20,725 nucleotides of DNA from a candidate division WOR-3 bacterium. Its GTDB lineage: Bacteria > Hydrothermota > Tepidihabitantia > Tepidihabitantales > Tepidihabitantaceae. Of the stretch, positions 7,424 through 15,195 are shown in pieces. The stretch's first letter is position 1; each line of letters starts with the position of its first letter. The stretch lies in contig CBFGIY010000041.1 in assembly GCA_965648935.1 (NCBI GenBank), positions 1-20,725 on the forward strand. The letters run 5' to 3'. The notes under the pieces were generated by a model that worked only from the letters and a program-made list of their open reading frames with translations, was not told where the DNA came from and did not search any database. A program made the translations under genes and the position numbers.

Positions 7424-8698
7424 CTAGCGCCCCGGCCGCACCTCGATGCGGCCGCGCGGCCCGCGGGTGCGGACCTCGGTCAGCGCGCCGCTGTACTTGA
7501 GGGTGGAATTGCGTTTGTCCACGACGACCATCTCGCAGGTGTAGCGTCCGTCCGCCACCAGCCGGCCCGCGTCGTCAAGCCCGTCCCAGACCAGGCGCAT
7601 CGGCGGGGCGTCCCAGCCGCTGTAGGAACGCACGACCTCGCCGTAGGCGTTCTTGACCAGCAGCTGCCAGCGCTTGGGCTGGGCGCGCGAGATGAGCCGG
7701 ACGTCCATCCAGAGCACGTTCTCGGGTTCGTCCGGGGTCGGGCTGAACTTCTCGGGGGTCGCGTCGACCCAGACCCGGAATCCGCCGAAGCTGGCGAAGA
7801 TGCCGAGCTTGTGCGTGGGGGGCAGGCGGTAGCCGGACTGGTGATGGAGCAGGAAGGCGTAGTCCACGCCCAGTCCCATCTTGCCCCAGTACTTCTGCAG
7901 GCCGAGGCCGAGGCTTATCTCGTTGGGGTCGAGACCGACGCGCTGCGAGAAGACGCCGGGCACGAGCTGAAGCTCGACTCCGCCGCGCGGCACGAAGTTT
8001 CGCCGGCCGTTTGTCAGGAAGTCGTTGCAGGCAAGGTCGAACGAAGCTTTGACGCGGTCGGAGAGCAGCCGGACCGCGGCGCCGGCGCGCAGCGTCTGCG
8101 GGTAGACCTCCTCGATGGTGGCCAGGGTCAGGCGCGGCTGGAGGGCGTTCTGCCAGACCAGGCCGAAGCTGAAGGGGCCGGGCGCGCGCACCAGCGCACC
8201 GAGGTCGGCGCCGAAACCGACGCCGGAGTACTGGGCGATGTTCTTGGCCAGAACCCGGAGGTTCGTGCCGAACCCGAGGAAGTGGGTCGGGTTGTAGGCG
8301 TAGCTGAAGGTGTAGGCGTTCTCGGAGAACAGGTAGCCTTCGTACTGGTTGTTGCCCGGGGTGCGCGATTCGATGTCCTCGGCGCCGAAGTTCAGCGCGG
8401 TGACGCTGACCGTGCCGAACTCGCGCGTCGGTAGGGCGTAGCCGAGGTATTCCATCCGCATCCCGCCGTAGAGCTGGGAATGGGCGAGCAGGACTTCCTG
8501 CGCGTTGAGCTGGAACAGCCCGGCCGGGTTGTAGTAGCCGGCTTGGACATCGTCGGCGATGGCGGTGAAGGCTTTGCCCATCGCCAGGCTGCGCGGCGCC
8601 GGGGCGTAATTGAGGAACGCGCCGGACAGGCCGCCCTCAATGGCGGCGGCGGCCGACACAAGCGCGGCGCAGACCAGCAGCGCGAGCCGGCGCTTCAC
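7424..8698 (-). CDS. PorV/PorQ (UPF0164/FadL-like) outer-membrane beta-barrel with C-terminal FlgD-Ig domain, 424 aa
   Basis: True start is GTG 8698 (GTGA overlap), giving signal peptide MKRRLALLVCAALVSAAAA. Motifs GAFL...PRSLAMGKAFTAIADD...YYNPAGL, GFGADLG, GLVWQN, GVDYAF...THKLGI, then WQLLVKNAYGEVVR...WDGLDDAGRLVADGRY. Confidence 0.88.
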   Translation of the reverse strand: MKRRLALLVCAALVSAAAAIEGGLSGAFLNYAPAPRSLAMGKAFTAIADDVQAGYYNPAGLFQLNAQEVLLAHSQLYGGMRMEYLGYALPTREFGTVSVTALNFGAEDIESRTPGNNQYEGYLFSENAYTFSYAYNPTHFLGFGTNLRVLAKNIAQYSGVGFGADLGALVRAPGPFSFGLVWQNALQPRLTLATIEEVYPQTLRAGAAVRLLSDRVKASFDLACNDFLTNGRRNFVPRGGVELQLVPGVFSQRVGLDPNEISLGLGLQKYWGKMGLGVDYAFLLHHQSGYRLPPTHKLGIFASFGGFRVWVDATPEKFSPTPDEPENVLWMDVRLISRAQPKRWQLLVKNAYGEVVRSYSGWDAPPMRLVWDGLDDAGRLVADGRYTCEMVVVDKRNSTLKYSGALTEVRTRGPRGRIEVRPGR

Positions 8699-10380
8699 CA
8701 CAGCACCCCGATGCGGTAGGTTTCGTTGAATGTCGTGCCGGTATGAATCTCGCCGAGAATCGTCAGCACGTAGACACCGTTGGCGACGCGGCGGCCCTGC
8801 TTGTTGAAGCCGTTCCAGTAGATGCGGTTCACGCCGACGCGCGCGCCGGCTTCGCCCTGACGCAGCCGCCAGGAGACAACCTCGTTGCCGAAGGCGTCGT
8901 GAATCATCACCCGCAGCGGGCTGGACTGGGTGAGGTAGTAGGTTATCTCGCAGGCGTCGCGGTTGAAGCCGAACGGGTTGGGAAAGGCGACGATCCGGCC
9001 CTGCATTATCGCGCTGTCCGGAATGTCGACGTAGATGCCGATGGTCGTGTCGGCGTTGCCCGACCAGATGCGGATCGAGTCGTGCTCGGCGAAGCGCGCC
9101 GCGGTACAGACGAACTCGGCCGTGACCACGCCCACCGTGTCGGTGAGTAGAGCCGGCTCGGTTATGTTGCCGTTGCCCCGGTACACCGCGAACCGAACGA
9201 CCGCCTGCTTGACCGGCCGCAGGTTGACATCGCGCAGGTCGACACGGATGTAGGCGGTCTCGCCCGCGACGACCGTATCGGGTTTGGTGATGCGCATCGT
9301 CGCGCCGAGGCTGCGAATGTCGAAGACCGTGCGGTAGGTCTGGCGGCCGGACAGCGTGCCATAGGCCCACAGGTTCTGGCCTGCGCCCGGCTCGCGGAAC
9401 TGCACCGAGAAAGATGCGCTGTCTCCGAGCGGGGCAGCGATGGGCGCGAACTGGATGTTGAAATCCGACGCGAGGGCGACGTTCTCGCCCGGGCCGGGCA
9501 CGGGATTCCAGCAGCGGTCGGTGCCGACGACGGTCACGTTGAACGGGGTTCGCAGGAACTGGGGCAGGGGCCGGCCGGACTTGCCCGGCGTATCCCATAC
9601 CCCGGTCGCGTTGTCGCCGGGCAGCAGGGTTTCGCCGGGCACAACCATCAGCATCCTGTCGAACGGGCCGGGCACCACGTTCAGTCCCGATGAGGTGTCG
9701 GGCCGCAACCCCGAACCAGGGGCCGGCCGGGCGACTATCCGGTGCAGCCCGGCCGCGCGCAGGCCGGCGCGGAAGGCCGAAAGGCCGGCAGAGAGCGTGT
9801 CGGAGGGCGGCAGCGAGGCGAAACGGTCGGTGCAGGAGAAGAACACGCTGTCGCCGGTGCGGGTCACCGGGTTGAACCAGTTGTCGGTCAGCGCGACGCG
9901 GAAATCGAAGGTGTCACCGGCCGTGCGCGAGAAGGCGCGACCCGAGCGGCCGCCGGCGACGCCCGGGGCGAGGTCTTCGCCGGGCAGGAGCACCAGCAGG
10001 CGCCGGGCGCTGTCCGGAACCACGGCAAACGAGTTCGACAGGCCCGATGCCGAGTCGGTGAAACAGCGTAGCCGCATCGAGTCGGCCAGCGTGACGATGA
10101 CCTTGCGCGTGACCGTGCCGTTTGCGAACTGGACGATGTTGGGGCTGACATACGAGCCGCGGGTGGTGATGAGCAGGGCGGTGCCGGTGTAGGGGTAGCT
10201 GTTGCCGCCCGAGTCGCGGGCGATGATCGTGATGCCGAATGAGTCGCCGGCAATCACGGGCGAGGTTATCGGCAGGAACTCGAAGTACGCCGGGCCGGCG
10301 AGCGCCGCGCCGGACACCTGCCCCGGCGCGGGTACCTGCAAGAGCAGGAGCAAACCCAGAGTTGCACTCAATGATGCCAA
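8695..10380 (-). CDS. Secreted multi-Ig/beta-sandwich protein with C-terminal T9SS-CTD/FlgD-Ig-like domain, about 561 aa (start uncertain: TTG 10380 or 10371)
   Basis: Hydrophobic N-terminus; two ~115-aa internal repeats; Big-like segment; C-terminal AFPNPF...ITYYL...V.IHDAFGNEV...WNGFNKQGRRVANGVYV. Confidence 0.85.
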   Translation of the reverse strand: MASLSATLGLLLLLQVPAPGQVSGAALAGPAYFEFLPITSPVIAGDSFGITIIARDSGGNSYPYTGTALLITTRGSYVSPNIVQFANGTVTRKVIVTLADSMRLRCFTDSASGLSNSFAVVPDSARRLLVLLPGEDLAPGVAGGRSGRAFSRTAGDTFDFRVALTDNWFNPVTRTGDSVFFSCTDRFASLPPSDTLSAGLSAFRAGLRAAGLHRIVARPAPGSGLRPDTSSGLNVVPGPFDRMLMVVPGETLLPGDNATGVWDTPGKSGRPLPQFLRTPFNVTVVGTDRCWNPVPGPGENVALASDFNIQFAPIAAPLGDSASFSVQFREPGAGQNLWAYGTLSGRQTYRTVFDIRSLGATMRITKPDTVVAGETAYIRVDLRDVNLRPVKQAVVRFAVYRGNGNITEPALLTDTVGVVTAEFVCTAARFAEHDSIRIWSGNADTTIGIYVDIPDSAIMQGRIVAFPNPFGFNRDACEITYYLTQSSPLRVMIHDAFGNEVVSWRLRQGEAGARVGVNRIYWNGFNKQGRRVANGVYVLTILGEIHTGTTFNETYRIGVLW

Positions 10381-10397
10381 GCTAAAGCTCTGGAACT

Positions 10398-10426
10398 ATT
10401 ATAGGTTGCAGACTCGCTGGTGTCAA
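10398..10426 (-). promoter_or_regulatory. Perfect consensus sigma70 promoter for the 8-gene envelope operon
   Basis: TTGACA (10426-10421), exactly 17 nt, TATAAT (10403-10398). Intergenic and correctly oriented. Confidence 0.9.
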
Positions 10427-10438
10427 ACCGTTCAGACG

Positions 10439-10461
10439 CGTCGAGCCGGTTGGCATCGACG
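10439..10461 (-). terminator. GC-rich hairpin just after the kinase-family stop codon (possible terminator or 3' stabiliser)
   Basis: CGTCGA-GCC-GGTT-GGC-A-TCGACG, a 9-bp stem with one bulge. No U-tract follows, so it is not a classical intrinsic terminator. Confidence 0.35.
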
Positions 10462-10463
10462 GG

Positions 10464-10952
10464 TCAGAGTTTGTACCCGATGCGGCGCAGGAACGCGTGC
10501 CGGTCAGCCTGTTCGCTCGGGCCTTCGGTTCCTTTTGGCGATGACCCGTCTATGACCCCGACGATGCCCCGGCCCGCCGCGCTTTCGGCCACGACCACTT
10601 CGACCGGGTTGGCCGTCGCGCAGAACACCGAGCAGACCTCGGGAACATCCTTGAGCCGGGGCAGGATGTTGATCGGGTAGCAGTCGCGCAGGATGACGAT
10701 GAAGCTGTGGCCCGCGCCGATGGCGGCGGCGTTGTCTGCAGCCAGCTTCTCCAGTTCAGGATCGTTGCCCGAGTGGCGGATAAGGCAGGGGCCTGAGGCT
10801 TCGCAGAATGCGACGCCGAACTTCGCTCCCGGGACCGAGCCGACAACCAGTTCGTGCAGGTCCTCGACCGTCTTGATGAAGTGCGCCTGGCCGATTATGA
10901 CATTGGTGTCGTCGGGCCGGCGGACCGCGACCGCCTGCAGGGTGAGGCTCAC
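10464..10952 (-). CDS. Adenosine-specific kinase family protein (DUF355 / Adenosine_kin), 162 aa
   Basis: NVIIGQAHFIKTVEDL, FGVAFCEASG, IGAGHSF, YPINIL...VPEVC..FCATANP, GRGIVGVIDG, FLRRIGYKL. GTGA overlap with the upstream gene. Confidence 0.93.
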   Translation of the reverse strand: MSLTLQAVAVRRPDDTNVIIGQAHFIKTVEDLHELVVGSVPGAKFGVAFCEASGPCLIRHSGNDPELEKLAADNAAAIGAGHSFIVILRDCYPINILPRLKDVPEVCSVFCATANPVEVVVAESAAGRGIVGVIDGSSPKGTEGPSEQADRHAFLRRIGYKL

Positions 10953-12382
10953 CGAGTTACCGTGACCTTGCCTGCCTCGGAGAAGCCGGGCGCGGTAACA
11001 GAATATAGGTAGGTTCCGGCCGGTACCTGCTGGCCGGCCTCGTCCCTGCCGTCCCAGGTGGTTCGGCCGGCAGAGCTAGATACCGGCGAGAGCGTGAGCT
11101 CGCGCACCAGTTCGCCCGAGGTGGAGTAGATGCTGACAACCGCACCGCGCAGGTCAGGCCGGTTGACCTGGAACACGGTGCTCGAACCGAACGGGTTGGG
11201 CGATACGATGACCTGTGGCCGCGCGCCCGGCGCGTTCTCTTCGGCGACTGCAGTCGCCCCGGCGGTGAAACTCACCATCGTGCTTTCCGGAGAGCAGACC
11301 GGCCAGGTCGTCCAGAAGTCAATGTCATTGGCAACCGAGAAGCTGTCTTTGGCCCAGACGAAGTAATCGACGGTAGTCGGGCCGGAGACCTGGGGTATCG
11401 TGAAGTGGGTCCGGCCGCCGGATGATGAGTCCGGGCCGACCGAACGCCACACGCCGGCGTTGAAGCGGTAGAACAGGCTCTCGGCTCCTACCGCGACGTC
11501 GTCGGCGATACTTGACCAGACCGCGAACGGGCCGGCAAAGGCGGTGTCGGGCCAGACTCGCGTGTCGGCGAAAGTCGGCGGCACGAGGTCCCAGCCCGGA
11601 ATGGCGCAGGACGAGAGCTTCATCATCGTCTCGACGTTGATGAAGTCGGACGACGCGCCGTTCTGGCTCATCGCGGCCGCGACGCCGTTGGCGCCGGAGA
11701 AGTGGCCGGGCACGATCCATTCGTAGATCCAGCGCCGGTCCTGGGTGCCGAGATTGTCGGAGTACACCATATAGTCGCGGATGACGAGACAGGGCCAGAA
11801 GTAGTCGCCCGACATGGGCACGCGCACCTTGCCCCGGGCAACTATGCGCTTGGTGTGCTGTTCGGTGGCCTGATACGGAATCCCGGGGATGATTTCGTAC
11901 TGCCAGGCGGTCGCGCTCAACCAGCCGGCGCCGCGGTACATCGGTGTGACATACACCGGTGCGTCAGGCTGGTAGTTGCCGATGAAACGGTACGTCGCCT
12001 GAGTGAAGTCAATACCGTCGGTGTACAGGCCGAAAGAGTCCTTGTACAGGTATATCCACTGGGTCGTGCCGGTGCCGAGCGTGTCCAATTCCACCGCGTC
12101 GGGCGACGGCGGGTCGACCGCCATCGAGTCCGGGGCCGGTGAACGGCCCTCGGCCGCGGGTCGCAGGCCGACGCGCGCGGTCTGGGTACCCGGGTAGCGG
12201 GTCAGGTCCCAGAAGGTGCGGGTCGAGTCAAACGGTTGCCACATGAACAGCGACTGGTTCTGCTGATACCGGCCGTAGGTGCCGGTGACGAGCGGTATCT
12301 CGTGGGAGCTGATGGTGACTCCCGGGGCGAAGGTAGAAGCAACGCAGAGCGTCAGCAAGACTGAAAGGGCTGCATTTTTCAC
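10949..12382 (-). CDS. Secreted protein with Ig-like domain and C-terminal T9SS type A CTD/FlgD-Ig, 477 aa
   Basis: GGAGGAG SD (12394-12388) 5 nt before GTG 12382; signal peptide MKNAALSVLLTLCVASTFA; C-terminal AVAEE...VSPNPF...VSIYSTSGELVREL...WDGRDEAGQQVPAGTYLY...KVTVTR. Confidence 0.88.
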   Translation of the reverse strand: MKNAALSVLLTLCVASTFAPGVTISSHEIPLVTGTYGRYQQNQSLFMWQPFDSTRTFWDLTRYPGTQTARVGLRPAAEGRSPAPDSMAVDPPSPDAVELDTLGTGTTQWIYLYKDSFGLYTDGIDFTQATYRFIGNYQPDAPVYVTPMYRGAGWLSATAWQYEIIPGIPYQATEQHTKRIVARGKVRVPMSGDYFWPCLVIRDYMVYSDNLGTQDRRWIYEWIVPGHFSGANGVAAAMSQNGASSDFINVETMMKLSSCAIPGWDLVPPTFADTRVWPDTAFAGPFAVWSSIADDVAVGAESLFYRFNAGVWRSVGPDSSSGGRTHFTIPQVSGPTTVDYFVWAKDSFSVANDIDFWTTWPVCSPESTMVSFTAGATAVAEENAPGARPQVIVSPNPFGSSTVFQVNRPDLRGAVVSIYSTSGELVRELTLSPVSSSAGRTTWDGRDEAGQQVPAGTYLYSVTAPGFSEAGKVTVTR

Positions 12383-12410
12383 TTTGACTCCTCCGAAACG
12401 GCCTTGCCCC

Positions 12411-12439
12411 ATTCTAAGATCCCCTGCTGAACGAGTCAA
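12411..12439 (-). promoter_or_regulatory. sigma70 promoter for the CTD protein / kinase-family gene pair
   Basis: TTGACT (12439-12434), N17, TAGAAT (12416-12411), upstream of the SD. Confidence 0.8.
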
Positions 12440-12473
12440 GCAAGGTCTGGCCCGGGCTGTACGGCTGTCGGCC

Positions 12474-12502
12474 TTGACTTGGCGTGCGGTTTGGCATATC
12501 TA
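12474..12502 (+). promoter_or_regulatory. Possible divergent promoter for the liv operon
   Basis: TTGACT at 12474-12479. The -10 is poor (TATCTA at N17) and runs into the start region. Confidence 0.35.
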
Positions 12503-13395
12503 TGCTGGAAGTGGCCTATCTCCTGCAACAGCTGATCAACGGGCTGCAGCTTGGCTTCGTGTACGCGCTCATCGCGCTGGGCTACACGATGGTCTACGGC
12601 ATAGTTCGGCTGATCAACTTCGCGCACGGCGACGTGTTCATGGTCGGCGCCTACATCGGCTTCTTCGCACTGGCGAGCCGGCGTCTGCCCTGGCCGCTGG
12701 CGATTGTCGCGGCGATGGCTGGCTGCGCGCTGCTGGGGATGGTCATCGAGCGTGTCGCGTACCGGCCGCTGCGCAACGCACCGCGTATCTCGGCGCTGAT
12801 CACGGCGATGGGCGTGTCGCTGTTTCTCGAGTACTTCACGAGTCTGCGGTTCGTGTTCGGACCGGACTACCGCGCCTTCCCGCGGCCGTTCGCCGTGCAG
12901 ACCCTGGACCTGGGCGGCGTGACCGTGTCGAACATCCAGCTCATCGTCTTCGGCACGGCTACCGCGCTGATGGCGGCGTTGTGGTGGTTTGTCAACCGGA
13001 CCCGAACCGGGCTGGCGATGCGGGCGGTTTCTCACGACCACAACACGGCGCGGCTGATGGGCATCGACGTTGACTTCATCATTTCGGTGACATTCGGGCT
13101 GGGCTCGGCGCTGGCCGGAGCCGGCGGCGTGCTGTACGGCATCGCCTATCCGCAGATAAACCCGTTCATGGGCGTGATGCCGGGCCTGAAGGCCTTCGTG
13201 GCCGCCGTGCTCGGCGGCATCGGCGTCATCCCGGGCGCGATGCTCGGTTCGCTGATAATGGGCGTGGTCGAAACGTTCACTTCCGCCTACATATCTTCGA
13301 CTCTGCGTGACGCGGTCGCGTTCGGAGTGCTCATCTTCGTGCTTCTGGTGCGGCCATCGGGCATCCTCGGCCGGTCGGCGCGGGAGAAGGTGTGA
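12502..13395 (+). CDS. livH: Branched-chain amino acid ABC permease LivH (start ATG 12502 or GTG 12511)
   Basis: QQLINGLQLGFVYALIALGYTMVYGIVRLINFAHGDVFM; GLAMRAVS...ARLMGID; GLKAFVAAVLGGIG. Confidence 0.96.
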   Translation: MLEVAYLLQQLINGLQLGFVYALIALGYTMVYGIVRLINFAHGDVFMVGAYIGFFALASRRLPWPLAIVAAMAGCALLGMVIERVAYRPLRNAPRISALITAMGVSLFLEYFTSLRFVFGPDYRAFPRPFAVQTLDLGGVTVSNIQLIVFGTATALMAALWWFVNRTRTGLAMRAVSHDHNTARLMGIDVDFIISVTFGLGSALAGAGGVLYGIAYPQINPFMGVMPGLKAFVAAVLGGIGVIPGAMLGSLIMGVVETFTSAYISSTLRDAVAFGVLIFVLLVRPSGILGRSAREKV

Positions 13396-13448
13396 GACCG
13401 GCGCCGATCCCCTGTCGTCCGCCGTCAGTCAGCTGGGGCAGGGCATGA
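13392..13448 (+). CDS. Putative 18-codon bridging mini-ORF (MRPAPIPCRPPSVSWGRA)
   Basis: Its GTG overlaps the livH stop (GTGA) and its TGA overlaps the livM start (ATGA). GGAG lies at 13383-13386. Confidence 0.4.
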   Translation: MRPAPIPCRPPSVSWGRA

Positions 13449-14431
13449 GGCGAAGACCGGTGCTGGTTGCGGTGCTGGCGGCGGTCAGTGCGTTCGCCTG
13501 CGTCGAGGCGCTGATTCTCGCCGGGTGGCTGAACCCGTACTGGCAGCAGGTTGTCGAGCTGGCCGGGATAATGACCATCTCGGCGCTGGGTCTGAATCTC
13601 ATCTACGGCTACGCCGGGCAGTTCTCGCTCGGCCACGCGGCATTCTACGGCATCGGGGCGTACGCCTCGGCCGTGGTCACGCGCACGGTCGGGAACGGCG
13701 GGCCTTGGACCCTGGCGCTGGGTCTGTTGTGCGGGGCGGGGCTGGCCGGGCTGATCGCGCTGCTCATCGGTCTGCCGATTCTGCGGCTGAAATCGGATTA
13801 CCTGGGCATCGCGACGCTCGGGTTCGGCATCATCATCAAGGTGCTACTGGACAATTCCGACAGCGTCATCCCGATGATGGGTGGTTCGCGCGGGATGAGC
13901 GGCATTGCCAGGTTGACAAGCTTTCCCTGGGTGTTCGTCCTTGCGGTCGCGGCGCTGGTGGTGATGCGCAACATCGTGTACTCCGGGATCGGCCGGGCTC
14001 TGGTGTCGGTGCGGGAGGATGAGCTTGCCGCCGAAGCGGTGGGAGTGAACAGCACGCGCTACAAGACGCTGGGTTTCGTTGTCGGCTGCACCTATGCCGG
14101 GGTCGCGGGCGGCCTGTACGCCCACCTCTACACGTTCCTGCACCCGATGAACTTCGATTTCCTCAAGTCGATCGATGTTCTGCTCATCGTGGTGCTGGGC
14201 GGCCTGGGCAGCATGTCGGGCACGCTGGTCGCGGCTGTCGGCTGGACATTCCTGCTCGAGGGACTGCGTTTCGTGCTGCCGTCGTCGGTGCAGGACTGGC
14301 GCTGGGTCATCTATCCCCTGCTGCTCATTGTGTTCATGCTGGTGCGGCCGGGCGGCATCTTCGCCGGCAACGAGCTGCCGTTCCTCAGGCATCCGAATGG
14401 CGAGGGACTCAAGGGGAGGGGCAGGTCGTGA
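13445..14431 (+). CDS. livM: Branched-chain amino acid ABC permease LivM, 328 aa
   Basis: LGLNLIYGYAGQFSLGHAAFYGIGAY; LRLKSDYLGIATLGFG; GRALVSVREDELAA; VVLGGLGS. ATG at 13445. Confidence 0.95.
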   Translation: MRRRPVLVAVLAAVSAFACVEALILAGWLNPYWQQVVELAGIMTISALGLNLIYGYAGQFSLGHAAFYGIGAYASAVVTRTVGNGGPWTLALGLLCGAGLAGLIALLIGLPILRLKSDYLGIATLGFGIIIKVLLDNSDSVIPMMGGSRGMSGIARLTSFPWVFVLAVAALVVMRNIVYSGIGRALVSVREDELAAEAVGVNSTRYKTLGFVVGCTYAGVAGGLYAHLYTFLHPMNFDFLKSIDVLLIVVLGGLGSMSGTLVAAVGWTFLLEGLRFVLPSSVQDWRWVIYPLLLIVFMLVRPGGIFAGNELPFLRHPNGEGLKGRGRS

Positions 14432-15195
14432 CAGCGCTGCTGGAAACGCGCGGGCTGACCAAGGCTTTCGGCGGGCTCGCCGCGGTCCGGGACTTCAATC
14501 TGGCTCTGCAACCGGGCGAGCTGGTCGGGTTGATCGGACCCAACGGTGCCGGCAAGACGACGGTGTTCAACCTCATCACCGGGATGTACGCGCCGACAAG
14601 CGGTACCGTGGAGTTCGCCGGTCGGCGAATCGACGGGCAGAGGCCGTACCGGGTGTATCAGGCCGGCATCGCGCGTACCTTCCAGAACATCAGGCTGTTC
14701 GGCGGGTTGTCGGTGCTTGACAACGTCCGGGTCGCGCACCATCACCGGGGCGAGGTTGGCCTGCTCGGCACGGTGCTGCGCACACGCCGATTCCGCGCCG
14801 AGGAGCGGGCCGTGACCGAGCGGGCGCTTGAAGTACTTGAGGTGTTCGGGTTGGCGGGCCGCGCGCAGGAGGTCGCGCGCAACCTGCCCTACGGCGAGCA
14901 GCGCAGGCTGGAGATTGCCCGTGCTCTGGTGTCTGAGCCGCGGCTGCTGCTGCTGGACGAACCGGCGGCCGGGATGAACCCGTTTGAGGTCGGCAGACTG
15001 ATGGAACTCATCCGCTTCGTTCGCGACCGGTTTCGACTGACTGTCCTGCTCATCGAGCACCAGATGAAGGTCGTGATGGGCGTCTGCGAGCGGGTTGTCG
15101 TGATGGACTTCGGCACGGTCATCGCAGCGGGGTCGCCCGAAGCCGTGCGCCTGGATCGCAGGGTGATAGAGGCATATCTCGGGAAGTCGGAGTGA
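14428..15195 (+). CDS. livG: Branched-chain amino acid ABC ATPase LivG
   Basis: Walker A GPNGAGKTT; GIARTFQNIRLF; NLPYGEQRRLEIARAL; LLLLDEPAAG; VIEAYLG. Confidence 0.97.
   Translation: MTALLETRGLTKAFGGLAAVRDFNLALQPGELVGLIGPNGAGKTTVFNLITGMYAPTSGTVEFAGRRIDGQRPYRVYQAGIARTFQNIRLFGGLSVLDNVRVAHHHRGEVGLLGTVLRTRRFRAEERAVTERALEVLEVFGLAGRAQEVARNLPYGEQRRLEIARALVSEPRLLLLDEPAAGMNPFEVGRLMELIRFVRDRFRLTVLLIEHQMKVVMGVCERVVVMDFGTVIAAGSPEAVRLDRRVIEAYLGKSE

Noticed and set aside
8699..9598. 300-aa N-terminal extension of the 724-aa ORF
   Set aside because: Arg/Pro-rich off-frame reading inside the upstream gene. A signal peptide and GTGA coupling put the true start at 8698.
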